In this document: positions 1-14,737 of the stretch, one piece after another
Layout: every line of letters begins with the position of its first letter
Position numbering within the stretch: the stretch's first letter is position 1
NCBI GenBank assembly: GCA_030141605.1
Contig: JAQGDQ010001023.1
Coordinates: 1 to 64,000 of the forward strand
From: Tubiluchus corallicola
Lineage: Eukaryota; Animalia; Priapulida
Direction of reading: 5' to 3'
Length of the DNA: 64,000 bases
Notes under the pieces: generated by a model
Seen by the model: the letters and a program-made list of their open reading frames with translations, nothing else
Told to the model about the DNA's origin: nothing
Databases searched by the model: none
Translations under genes and position numbers: made by a program

Positions 1-570
<570 letters not shown>

Positions 571-1232
571 AATACATGAAAAGACATTGAAAACCTGCAT
601 TTTCCTTCTTACAAATGACCTTTAATCTGCTATTATTCTACAAAAAGCCAACATTCTTAATTTTCTTTAATTTGCAAGGGAAATTTTGCAGCAAGCCTTT
701 TGAAAGCTAATCAATGAGGTGATTCTAATTGCTTTTAATAATCACTAATAAGGAAAGGCGGATTGATTGAGGTTTCCAGGAACTAATTTTCAAAGAGCTG
801 CGGAAGAATAAAGCAGACAGCAGAAACAAAAGCCAAGCTTTTAATGACTACAGGAGAATCAACTTGTAAAGATATTATTTTCAGTCCTTGTGCAAACAAG
901 CCGTAAAATGGCAAATAAATCAGTTTATTGTAATGCATATCGTTATTGCGCGGTGCCTGGGAGAATCACAGCTCAGGTCCAGGTTTAGTTATTGGGTTTC
1001 AAGGGCATGGCAGATACAAAGTAGATTATTACTGTTTTGTTAAAGATACACTTAGTTAAGTGTTATACGTAGAGGCATTATACGAGGATAATGGATATTT
1101 TAAAGGTCGTGCCCAATTTTATAGGCTAATGGCTGATGGTAGAAAACACCTGATTTCAACATGAAAGCGCATTAAATACATTAATTAATTTAAAAGGTCA
1201 TGACGTGGCTCCGGTCAAAGTTTTGGAAGGAG

Positions 1233-1385
1233 TTTACAATTTCTCACATAATTTAAGTTTACCACACAACCTAACCTAACCCTAACACTAACCATAACCC
1301 TAGCAATGACCCTAGTCTTACCCTAACCCTAACACTAATCCTAACCCAAGTTTTTCTTGTGTGTGGGGAATTGTAAACTTTAGCC
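1233..1385. repeat. Short copy of the telomere-like-hexamer element
   Basis: TTTACAATTTCTCACATA ... (CCCTAA)-like ... TGTGGGGAATTGTAAA inverted ends. Confidence 0.6.
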
Positions 1386-1805
1386 AAATTTTCTCTGCTT
1401 AGTGTCAGATTTTATTAAAAATCATAATTACAGAAAACATTTTTAAGACTAATTTTGATTCCTTAAAGGATTCTTATGCGTTGACGTATTCAGTACCTAT
1501 TTTAGGCGCCGTTGAAATCTACTCACTTGATAAACAGGTAAACAAACAAACAAACAAAAATAAATGAAACGGGTCTATAAAATAATTAAGTTCTGATTTC
1601 ACATTTAGTAAGAAAAGTCACAGATTAGAGGAAATCAGAAAAATAATAAATTTACATCTGCTTTGCTGTCACCCTTCAAAGCAGGTCGCCCATCCGTGCA
1701 CTCAGCAATAATTCTGTTGCCTAACTGAATGAGCCATAATGCAATGATGAGCTTAATCTTATGCAACAAGTTTCATTAGATTTAAGCAAGGTAGAATACA
1801 CTTAC

Positions 1806-1877
1806 AGAACTGCCAAAGCTTCCAAGTTACTAAAAGCTCCATCAGCAATTTCTTGAACAAAATTATAGCTCAGATCT
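1806..1877 (-). CDS. Host LRR gene exon (72 bp LRR); gene presumably continues beyond window start
   Basis: cctttctttccag| ... |gtaagt, phase 2-2. Translates (L)DLSYNFVQEIADGAFSNLEALAV(L). Confidence 0.92.
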
Positions 1878-2123
1878 CTGGAAAGAAAGGAAACAAAATT
1901 TTGAAAGTTCGACTTTGTTCTATTTCGCTTCATTTGATTTCTCTTGATCACTTCGCTTCAATTATTTTTTCAGACCTTAAGATACACTAGTGAATCTAGA
2001 TGACTTACCTGAAGAATTGCTCAAGTTTCTTTTTTTTATGTACAGCCAACTAAAATTCCAAACTGAAGTTGAACTACCTTGCCACATTTTATCGGCCTGA
2101 CCTGCAGTTCGGTGACCACTGAT

Positions 2124-2550
2124 TAGGGGTGAGCATCGAACGCTCGAGTTCGAACGTTCGAATCTCGAATTCGATTCGAACGAGTTTTTTAGTTCGAACT
2201 CGATTCGGATCCAAAACTATAGATTCGAATAATTCAGCACTTCAATCACATATGCTCTTTATCACTAAAACGATTGAAACAACATGCAATTAGCGTGATT
2301 TAGCAGTGATTTCTGTGCCCAATTTTAAACAAATTACTAGTCGTTTTATTGCAGAACAAAATCTAGTTATATGCATGATCTTTGTAAGACTAATTTTTAC
2401 TGGTGGTTCGAAAACTAGTTCGAAAATCTTTCAATCTCAATTCGAATTCGGTTCGAATTCGAAACACTGAAGTTCGGTTCGATTCGAATTCGAAAGTCAC
2501 AAATTCGGTTCGATTCGAATTCGCGTTCTGGTAGAAAATGCTCAACCCTA
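2124..2550. mobile_element. hAT-family MITE
   Basis: TIRs TAGGGGTGAGCAT / ATGCTCAACCCTA. Perfect 8-bp TSD CCACTGAT (2116-2123, 2551-2558). Clustered subterminal TTCGAA motifs. Confidence 0.9.
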
Positions 2551-5500
2551 CCACTGATCAGTATTAAGAGTACAAATCAATACACGCTGTGCAGAACGAA
2601 TGTTGCTTGATGTTTTCCGCATTGAAGCGAATATTGTGGTTTATATTTTCATCACATATAATGTAATTCTGTTTATTTGACTGGGAAAGTGCCGCCTTTC
2701 AGTCACATTCACCGTGCCTCCGCCAGAAATATTATTCTTGCGCAGTATCATGGCGCCGATTAATAACATAGAATCGTAATAATTACACGTACCTTGAATT
2801 TTCAAAGCATTCGTTTGATTATGGCTTTGTGTTGCTCTGTACTAGAATAACTTTACTTTGATTCTTAAAAACTCGTATTTTAGTTTTAAATCAACCAAAA
2901 CTCAGGCAATTATGTAACATAAAAAGTGCTAAACTGTAATGTGGAAAGAATAATAAAAATCCCAATGAAATAATAGTAGACATGTGTAATACATCAGATA
3001 ACCATTGTCAGCCATTACTCAACTAAAAATGTTGGAAATTTTTATACTCTTCCAGAAGAGGAGCTTATTTAGTAATGCGACAATTAATTGGTGTTGTAGT
3101 TATTAGTCTTTCTAGAATGCTGTCATTATTATGAAGCCAGCGATGCTATGTTCACTGAATTAGATAACATGTTATTGTCACTAAATATCAATATTTTACA
3201 AAATAGTAGCAAAGAACTGCTGTCATTGTATCTTCGTGGAAGTCGTGGTTTTAATGTTGATGTTAACTGTAAAATTATCTTCAAAATTACAAAACGTTTT
3301 AACGTTTCAAGACAGTTATTATTACGGATTTGTTATAATTCATCGTGTCACATCTGCTAACTTTGCATTATATGTATTTTATATGTATTTGTATGTAATT
3401 ACTTGTGTTTGTTTGTGGACCTACTTATAAAAGTTTGTTTTATCTGCACTTCTGTCTGTACATACACTTGCACGGCGAGGCTTCACTTTTAAAATCTACT
3501 TAATTTGCTACTTTTCAATTTAAGTGAGCGCTTTTGATTTATCATTTTTTCTTCGGTAAATAACTAGAATTCCAACTGTAAATTGAACAAAAAAACTTCT
3601 ATTCACAAACAACTTCTATTTACATTTTTTTCTAAAAAAATTAAAAAAAAAATACATTTTGTAACTTTGCAGGATTGCGAAATTGCGTTTGAGTGGTAAT
3701 AATTCCTTCACGTAAGTCATTTTTGAAAAAATAGTGTGTTTCCTTTCAATATTTTAAAGAGCAGATTGTTTTGACCTACAGTTTAACATTGGGTCCCGTT
3801 TTGCTTTAATTCTTAAACGGTTTCAAATGTCAAACTTTCTAATGGGCGTAACTTTGTGGCATTCCTTCCTTGTGTAATTACGTAACTAAAAGTTAGAGTC
3901 TCAATTAACTCAATTACAGTTTTGTAAGATGCAATCACGATAATAAACGTATAAGGCAAAAAATGTGAAACTAACTTCCTCAAAACAGTTGCTCAATTAT
4001 GAAACCAGCTAAATTAGCTAACATTCATTTTTTGTGTGCTGTCAATCAACAATGATGATTACACGGAAATGGTAAATTTTGAGACATATTGCGGTTGAAT
4101 ACGAACTGACTCGGTTAATCATTAGCGAAAATGTAAGCAAAATTTAAGGGTGAACTGACTTTTGTTATGACGCGTTCATACGCCACAGAGTAGGGTCTGA
4201 CAAAGAAACTTTTAATCTAGTGTTTTTTACACCTTTTCCTAATTTAAGAGTTTCATGAGATACTAACATGGGTAAATTTTCAGCTAGATTTAGCTTTAGG
4301 AAGACGTGTTTCCACTCATGTTAATATTTCGGAAGGAAGTATGTTCATTTAAGTAGCAAAGCAACTGTATAAATCAACATGATTCCGAAATCTTATGATA
4401 AGTGGAGACACGTCTTCTAACTGAAATCTAGTCTGGCTCTATTTAATGCTCGTATCTAATCGGGCACTAATCTTTTAGCTATAAGTTAGCCTACATCTAA
4501 TACTATTACATGTTTAGTTGATAGCACGAGCTCTGCCTTTTCATGAATTTCCTTCTTTTTTGGTTTTTTGGTACAAGTTTTGCCAGCACTTTTAACGCAC
4601 TACTTGATTCTACTTGTTTATGTTGCACAATATCTACAGTTGAGATATATACTAAAACATACAATATTGTTCCCTGCAAGATTGTTTTGTTGTGGAAGAC
4701 CTGTGTTATAGAACCAAAAGTGGCACATTACTTCTGTTTTTATCCTTTATTACTTTACTACTATATTCTTTATTACTACTATGCTTTCACCAAAATGCCT
4801 AAAATAGACATTTTGTTACAGAATATAACATGTAAAATATTACAAATTATTATACATGTATAACAAATTTTGTCAATACTCGTTTTCTTAATTTTTGCAA
4901 ATATACAAATTTTGTAAAAAACCTGTGTCTCGTGGTTTTGTTAATTTCCAGCAATTTTATAATATTGTATTTCTTTTTTCATGTTAGTAGGTGACGGTGC
5001 TGCCAATATTCAGTCAGTGGAAAACGTTGTATATGATTCATTAGTATGCTGCCTCTGATACGCAGTATACATTTCTTATGTGCAATGTATTTTTACTTCG
5101 TATACGTAAGTTTTTAATTGGCAAATAAAGATTTCGTCTATCTATCTGACAAACTATAAATTGTTTCCAGTAAGTAGAGACATTAACACCAAATTAACTC
5201 GTAATTCTTCATCCTGGTAGAAGTGTTTGTAAAAGAGACACACATCGTTGTGTAGCTCGGTTTCTCTTTTTTCAAACAGCTCTAATTTTCACCCCAAAAC
5301 CGCACCAGGCGCAGTTTGGAACACCGCGTAGAAAAACATCCTAGCGGCGCTTGGTGGGGGGTCTTCGAGGGGAATTATAGCTGTTTGCAAAGGGGAGAAA
5401 CCGGATTACTAGACGTTTTTTTTCGCAAGCGCGTCCATTTGATGATGGGTTATTAATTAACATGATAGAACGTTCTTCTGGACTGTCCATTTGCATTTCT

Positions 5501-5569
5501 TCTTTGTGCTGTAATGATGTTCCTCTGTTTTGCTGTTACTGATTGCAAGACAGTTAAAATCAGCATTCT

Positions 5570-8215
5570 TTCCATGTTTTTCTTCAAGCTTGTAAAGTCA
5601 AAATTCATTCAATGTTTTTCTTCAAACTTGTAAAGTCAAAATTCATTCAATGTTTTTCTTCAAACTTGTAAAGTCAAAATTCATTCCATGTTCTTCTTCA
5701 AACTTGTAAAGTCAAAATTCATTCCGTGTTTTTCTTCAAACTTGTAAAGTCAAAATTCATTCCGTGTTTTTCTTCAAACTTGTAAAGTTAAAATTCATTC
5801 CATGTATTTCTTTAAACTTGTAAAGTCAAAATTCATTCCGTGTTTTTCTTCAAACTTGTAAAGTCAAAATTCATTCCGTGTTTTTCTTCAAACTTGTAAA
5901 GTCAAAATTCATTCCGTGTTTTTCTTCAAACTTGTAAAGTCAAAATTCATTCCGTGTTTTTCTTCAAACTTGTAAAGTCAAAATTCATTCCATGTTTTTC
6001 TTCAAACTTGTGAAGTTAAAATTCATTCCATGTATTTCTTTAAACTTGTAAAGTCAAAATTCATTCAATGTTTTTCTTCAAACTTGTAAAGTCAAAATTC
6101 ATTCAATGTTTTTCTTCAAACTTGTAAAGTCAAAATTCATTCCATGTTTTTCTTCAAACTTGTAAAGTTAAAATTCATTCCATGTTCTTCTTCAAACTTG
6201 AAAAGTCAAAATTCATTCAATGTTTTTCTTCAAACTTGTAAAGTCAAAATTCATTCAATGTTTTTCTTTAAACTTGTAAAGTCAAAATTCATTCAATGTT
6301 TTTCTTCAAACTTGTAAAGTCAAAATTCATTCAATGTTTTTCTTCAAACTTGTAAAGTCAAAATTCATTCCATGTTCTTCTTCAAACTTGTAAAGTTAAA
6401 ATTCATTCCATGTATTTCTTCAAACTTGTAAAGTCAAAATTCATTCAATGTTTTTCTTCAAACTTGTAAAGTCAAAATTCATTCCACGTTTTTCTTCAAA
6501 CTTGTGAAGTCAAAATTCATTCCATGTTTTTCTTCAAACTTGTAAAGTCAAAATTCATTCCACGTTTTTCTTCAAACTTGTAAAGTCAAAATTCATTCCA
6601 CGTTTTTCTTCAAACTTGTAAAGTCAAAATTCATTCCATGTTCTTCTTCAAACTTGTAAAGTCAAAATTCATTCCACGTTTTTCTTCAAACTTGTAAAGT
6701 CAAAATTCATTCCACGTTTTTCTTCAAACTTGTGAAGTCAAAATTCATTCCACGTTTTTCTTCAAACTTGTAAAGTCAAAATTCATTCCATGTTTTTCTT
6801 CAAACTTGTAAAGTCAAAATTCATTCCATGTTTTTCTTTAAACTTGTGAAGTTAAAATTCATTCCATGTTCTTCTTCAAACTTGTAAAGTCAAAATTCAT
6901 TCCATGTTTTTCTTCAAACTTGTGAAGTTAAAATTCATTCCATGTATTTCTTTAAACTTGTAAAGTCAAAATTCATTCAATGTTTTTCTTCAAACTTGTA
7001 AAGTCAAAATTCATTCAATGTTTTTCTTTAAACTTGTAAAGTCAAAATTCATTCCATGTTTTTCTTCAAACTTGTGAAGTTAAAATTCATTCCATGTATT
7101 TCTTTAAACTTGTAAAGTCAAAATTCATTCCATGTTCTTCTTCAAACTTGTAAAGTCAAAATTCATTCCATGTTCTTCTTCAAACTTGTAAAGTCAAAAT
7201 TCATTCCATGTTCTTCTTCAAACTTGTAAAGTCAAAATTCATTCCATGTTCTTCTTCTAACTTGAAAAGTCAAAATTCATTCAATGTTTTTCTTCAAACT
7301 TGTAAAGTCAAAATTCATTCCGTGTTTTTCTTCAAACTTGTAAAGTCAAAATTCATTCAATGTTTTTCTTCAAACTTGTAAAGTCAAAATTCATTCCATG
7401 TTTTTCTTCAAACTTGTAAAGTCAAAATTCATTCAATGTTTTTCTTCAAACTTGTAAAGTCAAAATTCATTCCACGTTTTTCTTCAAACTTGTAAAGTCA
7501 AAATTCATTCCATGTTTTTCTTCAAACTTGTAAAGTCAAAATTCATTCCATGTTTTTCTTCAAACTTGTAAAGTCAAAATTCATTCCATGTTTTTCTTCA
7601 AACTTGTAAAGTCAAAATTCATTCCATGTTTTTCTTCAAACTTGTAAAGTCAAAATTCATTCCATGTTTTTCTTCTAACTTGAAAAGTCAAAATTCATTC
7701 CATGTCTTTCTTCAAACTTGTAAAGTCAAAATTCATTCCGTGTTTTTCTTCAAACTTGTAAAGTCAAAATTCATTCAATGTTTTTCTTCAAACTTGTAAA
7801 GTCAAAATTCATTCCATGTTTTTCTTCAAACTTGTAAAGTCAAAATTCATTCAATGTTTTTCTTCAAACTTGTAAAGTCAAAATTCATTCCACGTTTTTC
7901 TTCAAACTTGTAAAGTCAAAATTCATTCCATGTTTTTCTTCAAACTTGTAAAGTCAAAATTCATTCCATGTTCTTCTTCAAACTTGTAAAGTCAAAATTC
8001 ATTCCATGTTTTTCTTCAAACTTGTAAAGTCAAAATTCATTCCATGTTTTTCTTCAAACTTGTAAAGTTAAAATTCATTCAATGTTTTTCTTCAAACTTG
8101 TAAAGTCAAAATTCATTCCATGTTTTTCTTCAAACTTGTAAAGTCAAAATTCATTCAATGTTTTTCTTTAAACTTGTAAAGTCAAAATTCATTCAATGTT
8201 TTTCTTCAAACTTGT
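5570..8215. repeat. 38-bp minisatellite, about 70 copies
   Basis: Unit TTCTTCAAACTTGTAAAGTCAAAATTCATTCCATGTTT. Confidence 0.97.
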
Positions 8216-8977
8216 TCATTAAAAATTTAACTTTTCAAAACTTCTTCATTTTGCAGCCGAGCAAAGATTTCTGTTGAAGATGTATGTCTTTCCCAGAAAA
8301 ACATGAAACCGTAATGCAGCTGCTGTTTTGAATGAAAAGATTTGATTTTCTGCAGTGCCAATTAATATGGTATTGATAACAATTATTAGATGAAATGCGT
8401 CATTGTGAAAATAATAACTATTGTAAAGTCGATGCGGTCTAGTAAGAAAATTTTTTGAACTGTGCAAGGTTGTGTTTTTCTTTTCGGTGAACTTTTCTGG
8501 ATGTTCACGAAATAGTACATGAGTTGTTAAATTTGTCATACAGAACTTGGAATATTAGTCTGATAATAACTTATAATGTTAATATAGGACTGACAATAGT
8601 TAATATAGGACTTACAATATTGGAAATATAACACATATAAAATTTATAAATATAAATGTAAACGCTTATTATAGAATAGAATAAACAATTGTAAAATACA
8701 ATGATTTATGTTTATATGTATATTACTTTTTATCTGTATAATTCGAATTTTTCTCTACATATGATAAACGAATATTAGAAAATTGCCGCCATATTGGACA
8801 ACTTGATGCCAAATTGAATAATTTCAAACAGAAATTGAGCAACTAATTGGAGCCCATTGCCTTGATATTAAGCTCCTAAACATGCGTAAACTGTGGGCAA
8901 ATGTAGTATGTTAAGACTGAGCATAAGATATGAAATAAAATTATTTATTTTATTTATGAATAAATAAATGAACTTAC

Positions 8978-9049
8978 AATTTATCTAAGACTGGAAGATT
9001 GTGAAAGCAATCACTGCCTATCCTTTCCAACTTGTTATGACTTAACAAC
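8978..9049 (-). CDS. Host LRR gene exon (72 bp LRR)
   Basis: tttattgtag| ... |gtaagt, phase 2-2. Translates (L)LLSHNKLERIGSDCFHNLPVLDK(L). Confidence 0.92.
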
Positions 9050-9209
9050 CTACAATAAAAATCATATGTTTTTAAACTTCAATGCTAAAACTTTTAGATA
9101 TTTGTTAGATTTATACAAAAACACTTAAACAGAACTTGAAATAATGGAAAAATAAATTTTCAAATAAATAAATAAACAATTTTTTTAGTTAAGCTTTCAA
9201 AAACAGAAT

Positions 9210-9490
9210 TGCAAATGCTTTCAATTAGATATGAAAATGTTCTCAACAGAGGTACAAATGCTTTCAACAGCTTTGCAAATGTTTTCAACAGAGGGGCGCA
9301 CAAGCTTCCAATAGCGATGCAAATGCTTTGAATACAGATCTAAATGCTTTTCAAAGAGGTACAAATGCTTTCAACAGAGGTGCGCATGCTTTTAACAACT
9401 TTGCAAATCCTTTAAGCACAGGTGCAAATGCTTTTCACAGAAGTACAAATGCTTTCAACAGAGGTGCAAATGTTTTCAGAGATGGAAATG
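9210..9490. repeat. Degenerate 21-bp minisatellite
   Basis: Unit approx GAGGTGCAAATGCTTTCAACA. Confidence 0.85.
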
Positions 9491-10467
9491 CACAAAAACA
9501 TATTTTGCTTTATAATTCCAAATCACTTACAAACAAAACTTGCAAAACAGTCATGCTTTTGTGCTTGTTTTTTTAAATCATTTTACTAGAATTATATTCT
9601 ATTTATTCTTGCCATTCAACGTTATGAATTTGCTTGGTTAACAATTGCGCTTACATGCCGTACATTGCGCTGCAGCTGTGTTATTCGTAGAGACCACTTT
9701 GGAGAAAGCCCAAGTCAGAAAACTGTAGCCTTTATTAGACTATTCACAAACAATAGTTCAGGCTCCCTCTTTCTCCCTCCCTCCCCCCTCTCTCTTTCTG
9801 TGCCTCTCTTTCCCTCTTTTTCTCTTTCTGTGTCTCTTTTTCTATCTATTCTCTCCTATTTCTCTCCCTCTTTCTTACTCTTCATTTCTCTTTCTCTCTC
9901 TCACTCTCTCTCTCTTTCTCTCTCTCTGTGTCACTCTGTTTGTCTGTCATGTTTCTGCCTGTCAGTCTTTCTCTCCTTCTTCCTCCCTCTCTCCCTCTCA
10001 TCTAACTACTTTACGTTTAATTGCTTGGCAATCACTGGGTGAGTTATTTAAAATGCCTTGCTAGAAAAAATTACAGCACAAAGACCAAAAGAAAAACCAT
10101 AACAAAATCTATACTAAGGTTCCCAAAACATAGGAATTTATTTGTAAAGAAATGTAACGATCGTAGGCTATTAAAACAGGTCTACTAAATCACTAAAATT
10201 ATTAACAAGTCAAATAAAACTAAACTGATTTTTCAAGACATTAATTTACTTTGTCAAGATTATAAGCATATTTATTTTTCAGTCTACAGAGGAAAAGAGT
10301 GGTAAAATAATAAACAACTCTTAATATGAAATATAAATAATCACTGATGGTTTTTGCGAGAGGAAGCCAGTTATAATAATGAATAAAAGCAATTCACTTA
10401 AATCACTTTAAGGGTTTCAATTTTTAGATCATAACTTCTGTGACGTGTAACATTTTTATTGCTTTTA

Positions 10468-10691
10468 CTAAAAAAGCACCGCGACGATGAGAAGAAAAAT
10501 GGCGACTGAAACAATGGTTTGTCGATGAATCACGCCATCTACTTTTGGCAACACCTCAGGACATTCAATGTCTTTTAATTTGGCTCCTTGATAGGTAAAA
10601 TTATTCTCATTATTTGTGCAGTCGATGATTGACGACATCCACTTCTTATCCAATGCCCACTTAATGAAACAGTCGCAGACTAAATCGTTTT
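10468..10691 (-). CDS. Nested LRR gene A, coding exon 2 (LRRCT + hydrophobic tail)
   Basis: ctgttgcag|AA AAC. Joins as ELT-Q-NDLVCDCFIKW...VAIFLLIVAVLF*. Spliced CDS 810 nt = 269 aa. Confidence 0.9.
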
Positions 10692-11167
10692 CTGCAACAG
10701 ACGGACAACAAAGTAATAAAATTCAACAAGAGAATTGATGCAAAACATGTGAAAAGTGCTGGCTTAGTTATCTCACAAAATAAAGAGTTGTGTAATAAAC
10801 TATTTTTCGTTTTCTTTCTGTTTTTCTTTCTATTCTAAGAAAAAATGCAACAAATGAAGTCACTTCAGTGAGTCTAACAAATTGTGAAACAATTCGTAAT
10901 GGCTGAATAGATATAATTCATAAAAATAAGAAAAAAAGAAAAAGTTCACGCATTTCAATTGGCTGATAGTCTAATTAACTGTCGAATCTAAAACCTTAAT
11001 ACTTGTTAAACTTTTGACTGCAATAATATTTCTATCGATTTCTTATCCGTCATCTTAGTGTCATGTTAGTGTTTGTATTATTATTACGATAATACTATTG
11101 CATGCGGGGCTCTAACACCATTAATTCAGTGGCAAAGGGGGTGAATTTTGGGCTACCTTGACCCACT

Positions 11168-11250
11168 GGGGAGGCGGTGGCTTAGTGGCATAAGGCGTCT
11201 GTAGTGTAAACAAAAGATTCATAGTTCAAATCTAGGCTGAGTTCCAACTT
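11168..11250 (+). mobile_element. tRNA-like SINE head in gene A intron
   Basis: A box TGGCTTAGTGG and B box GTTCAAATC; no intact cloverleaf. Confidence 0.5.
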
Positions 11251-11361
11251 TTTCACATGTTTTCACGCTTTTACGATTTGTAATAGTACTATGAACTCTC
11301 CTCGTTCCCTGTAGTTTGTGGTCAAAGGCGTCTTTAATATATTGAAGAAATAGGGGTTAAA

Positions 11362-11785
11362 ATTTACAATTCCCCACATACAACAAATTAGTTCGTGAAT
11401 AGGATTAAGCTTAGAGCTATGAGCCAAGGCTGTTTGGGGGTTACGGCTAGGCTTAGGGTTATGGTTAGGGTATTATGCTGTATTTGTGTCACTCAGAGCA
11501 CGTTAACTGAGAGCCTGGAAGCAGTTTATAATTCTCCACAGAGTTTAAATACCCTGACCTTATCCTAGGCTTAACCGCAACCCTAGTCCTAACCCTAAAC
11601 TTAACTTTAACACTACCCCATCTCTAACCCAATTCTAATCCTATCCCTAATCCTAGCCCAAACCCTATTCCTACTCCTAATCCTAAGTCTAACCCCAACC
11701 CCAACCTTTTCCCTAATCTTAACCATAATTCTAATCAGCTTCCTGAAGTAATTTCATATGTAGGGATTAGTAAAGCTTTAGCCGA
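11362..11785. repeat. Dispersed element with degenerate telomere-like hexamers (TTAGGG / CCCTAA)
   Basis: Begins TTTACAATTCCCCACATA, ends GTAGGGATTAGTAAAGCTTTAGCC. Related shorter copy at 1233-1385. Confidence 0.6.
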
Positions 11786-12046
11786 GAGTTTAAAACATTT
11801 TTTAAAAAACTACTCAAACTATGAAAAAAATGATTTAATGTAAATAGAAATTAAAACTAAAATCGATAAGAATGTCAACTCATCGTTTTGATCGCTGACC
11901 AGCGATGCCTGACCATCGCAAACGTATTGTTTTTCGTTTTATTTTGTAAAAACAATATATCAATGACGTTAATTTCAATCAGCATATGTTATTTTTTGTG
12001 TCTAAAAGCCGTTTGTTGCTTGGCGATGGCGATATGTTTTACTTAC

Positions 12047-12632
12047 GGGTAAGCTCTAATGTAATTTCCCCCTTTAGTGCTCTCTGGTCCAGTTCAATCT
12101 CTTCAATTCTTTCCAAAGCCGAATTGTCGGTTATTATGATATTTTTGATTTCCGCACTAAAGTGCAACTTCGTCGACACGTTCTGCAGGGCGTGGTTACC
12201 CACTATCTTGACTAAACCAAACGTTCCGTCCTTATGGCTAAACGTACTCAGCCAGATCTTTTCCAGCTCCTCATTCTCTACGATATGAAGCTCTTTCATC
12301 AGTATAATGGGTTGTGGATCGTCCGGAATTCCTATCTCCTTCAGGAAGGGACAGTTGACAATGCGCAAAGACCCGATCGTCTTTCCTTTAAGAAAATTTT
12401 CCGGGAACAACTCGTCCATATACCATTCAATAATAAGAACCCTGAGTTTGGAAGGTAGCCCGGCATCAATTTCTTTCATTTTTTCTTTGTTTATTTGCGC
12501 TTCCGCCCTTCCGCACTGTACCACGCCGCATCTGCTTTGGTATGTGCATTCATCGTATTTTGTACAGCTTTCAAGTGTACCTAAGCAAAGGCACAAGAGG
12601 AATACTGTTCTCTGCATTATTCTCCTGTACAT
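12047..12632 (-). CDS. Nested LRR gene A, coding exon 1
   Basis: M(YRRIM)QRTVFLLCLCLGTLES; LRIVNCPFLKEI, LHIVENEELEKI, IIITDNSALERI. Donor ITLELT C|gtaagt (phase 1). Confidence 0.9.
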
Positions 12633-14498
12633 TGTAAGCAGTAGAGCTTATAGATGGACGAACAGCAAATGGTTCTATTTAGGCGCAGTTGTGATGAAAC
12701 TGTTTATAAACAAAACTCTGTATGGCAACAAATGCAATTCTTCTGATTACGTCGGCAACATAGCTACGAGTAAGCTTCTGTTCTTGGTAAAATTGTTGCT
12801 CGTTTAGACTGAAAAAGAGACATCGTGATCATTGTCAGGATTCGGTCTCCTTGCACATCACCCGCAGTTGTCTCATAGCAGCTGACCCCTTCACTAAACA
12901 ACGAGGAACCTTTTCACATATTATAATCAAATATTTACTTAGTGTCACATTGCAACGAGCTAGCACGAATATTAAAACATTTGTCTAGATAAGAGTAATT
13001 ATGATGTAATTTTGCCTGCAAATGTGAATAAACGTATTATACTAAAAAACGACCTAGCTTAATATAGAAGTAAAACAATCCACATAGTAACTAATTAACG
13101 AGTTACAGAAACTCATAAAACTAAAATCCGTAAAAAAGTAAATATTATGACATGCATTCACTTTTTAAATTTAATAAGCACTTTACAGTCACCAGTCGAA
13201 TATAATTGAAGCAACACTGGACTATTAATTAAGTGCTTAAGTCTACCAAGATATTAATGAAATGGATGCAAAACACCAGTTTAATGTGCTGACCAAAAGT
13301 TTCTTTATTCTGTAATACAATGTTTAACAATTAGTTTAATTTGCATTGAGTAGAATAGAGTTCATTGCATGATTAGATGCATGACTATAACTAAGAAAAC
13401 TGACATAAAATTTATATAAGCTATATTAAAATTAATTAATAATGACTTACGTTGTTAGAGCCTTTAATAGTTACAAAGACAGGAATGAGAACTCCAAGGC
13501 CTTAAGAACAACAATGTCACAACAATAAACTTGTAAGAAATTTAGAGTCATAATGTTCATCATAGACACAACACTAGAGCAATGGCGGAGAGAACCAAAA
13601 GACGGGTAAAATGTCATACAACTACTATAGCTATAGCTCACGAAAGATCAAAATGCCAATGTATTCAAGGATATTAGGTGCTTCAATTTTAAAAGAGTGA
13701 CTACTGTAAAAGGTAAAAAGTCTACTAAATAAACAAACAGGTGGCAGCACCGTGGCAGTAACTAAATAAAAACTAAAAGGGGCCCATGCACCCGCTACAA
13801 TTACTAATAATTATGTATAAAACAACCCGCTCAGACGTTTTCTCTCAAAGAGCAAACTTGCACGTGCGAACTCTTTTGCGAGTTACTGTAAGCAAGTTAT
13901 TGAAAACTCGCCGGTAGTTACTGCCAAATGATTTCCTGTGAGTTACTCTCTAGTGTTAGCTACTCGACGAGTTACTGTCGACACTGCTTGCAGTGAATAG
14001 AGAAGTGAGTGCCAGCTAACGCTTACTGTTAGAGTGAGTTAACTTGGCAAAAAAACTCGCTAACCTTAGCGAATCGTGCATTTTAGTGGAGATTTAAAAT
14101 TATTGGTTTTCCAAACACCGGAGTAACACACGTGCATTCTTATTGGAAATTACCGATTCAAAATCAGTACCAATCAAAAATCAGCAACTTATATGTTGTA
14201 TACTTTGGAAATGAAACCACTGCCAACTAATTGAAAGCTAAAAAACAGCAGGAAAAAGTTGCAGTATTACTTTCCCAATAAATAATGTAGAAAAGAGCAA
14301 AAATTTGCTCAAAATGCGAAACCAAAAAGCCCCAAATTTTGACTTGAGGCTGAAAATAAGGAGGGATTGTTGAGGATTTGACTTATTTTTGTCGCTATCG
14401 ATGCATTGTTGTCGTCATTGTTGAATTAAATATGTGCCAAGAACGACTAAGCAAGTTGATCATTAATTTTTATTAAGAAAAGCTACACCAAGAAAACA

Positions 14499-14737
14499 TT
14501 AATACGTTTGTGAAAAAATAGCAGCTATAAACTTGAAAAACAAAACAGGAAATATCGTCCCCTGGTGATATAGGACTCCAGATGTAATTCTGGTTTCGTT
14601 TGTACATTTAAGAAATTCATGCAACTCAATGTGTTTTTGCTGATGTTTTATGTTTGGTTCCGCACAGTCAACAAGGGAGACCTTCCAGTTTAGCTCTTTG
14701 GTCCACTGCATCTCACAGTCGCAAATTAAAGGATTTT
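14499..14737 (-). CDS. Nested LRR gene B, coding exon 2 (LRRCT + hydrophobic tail)
   Basis: cttttttcag|AA AAT. Joins as ELS-E-NPLICDCEMQW...FPVLFFKFIAAIFSQTY*. Spliced CDS 849 nt = 282 aa. Confidence 0.9.

Noticed and set aside
1656-1724. Possible 69-bp exon next to host exon 1806-1877
   Set aside because: Stop codon in the required phase and no LRR pattern.
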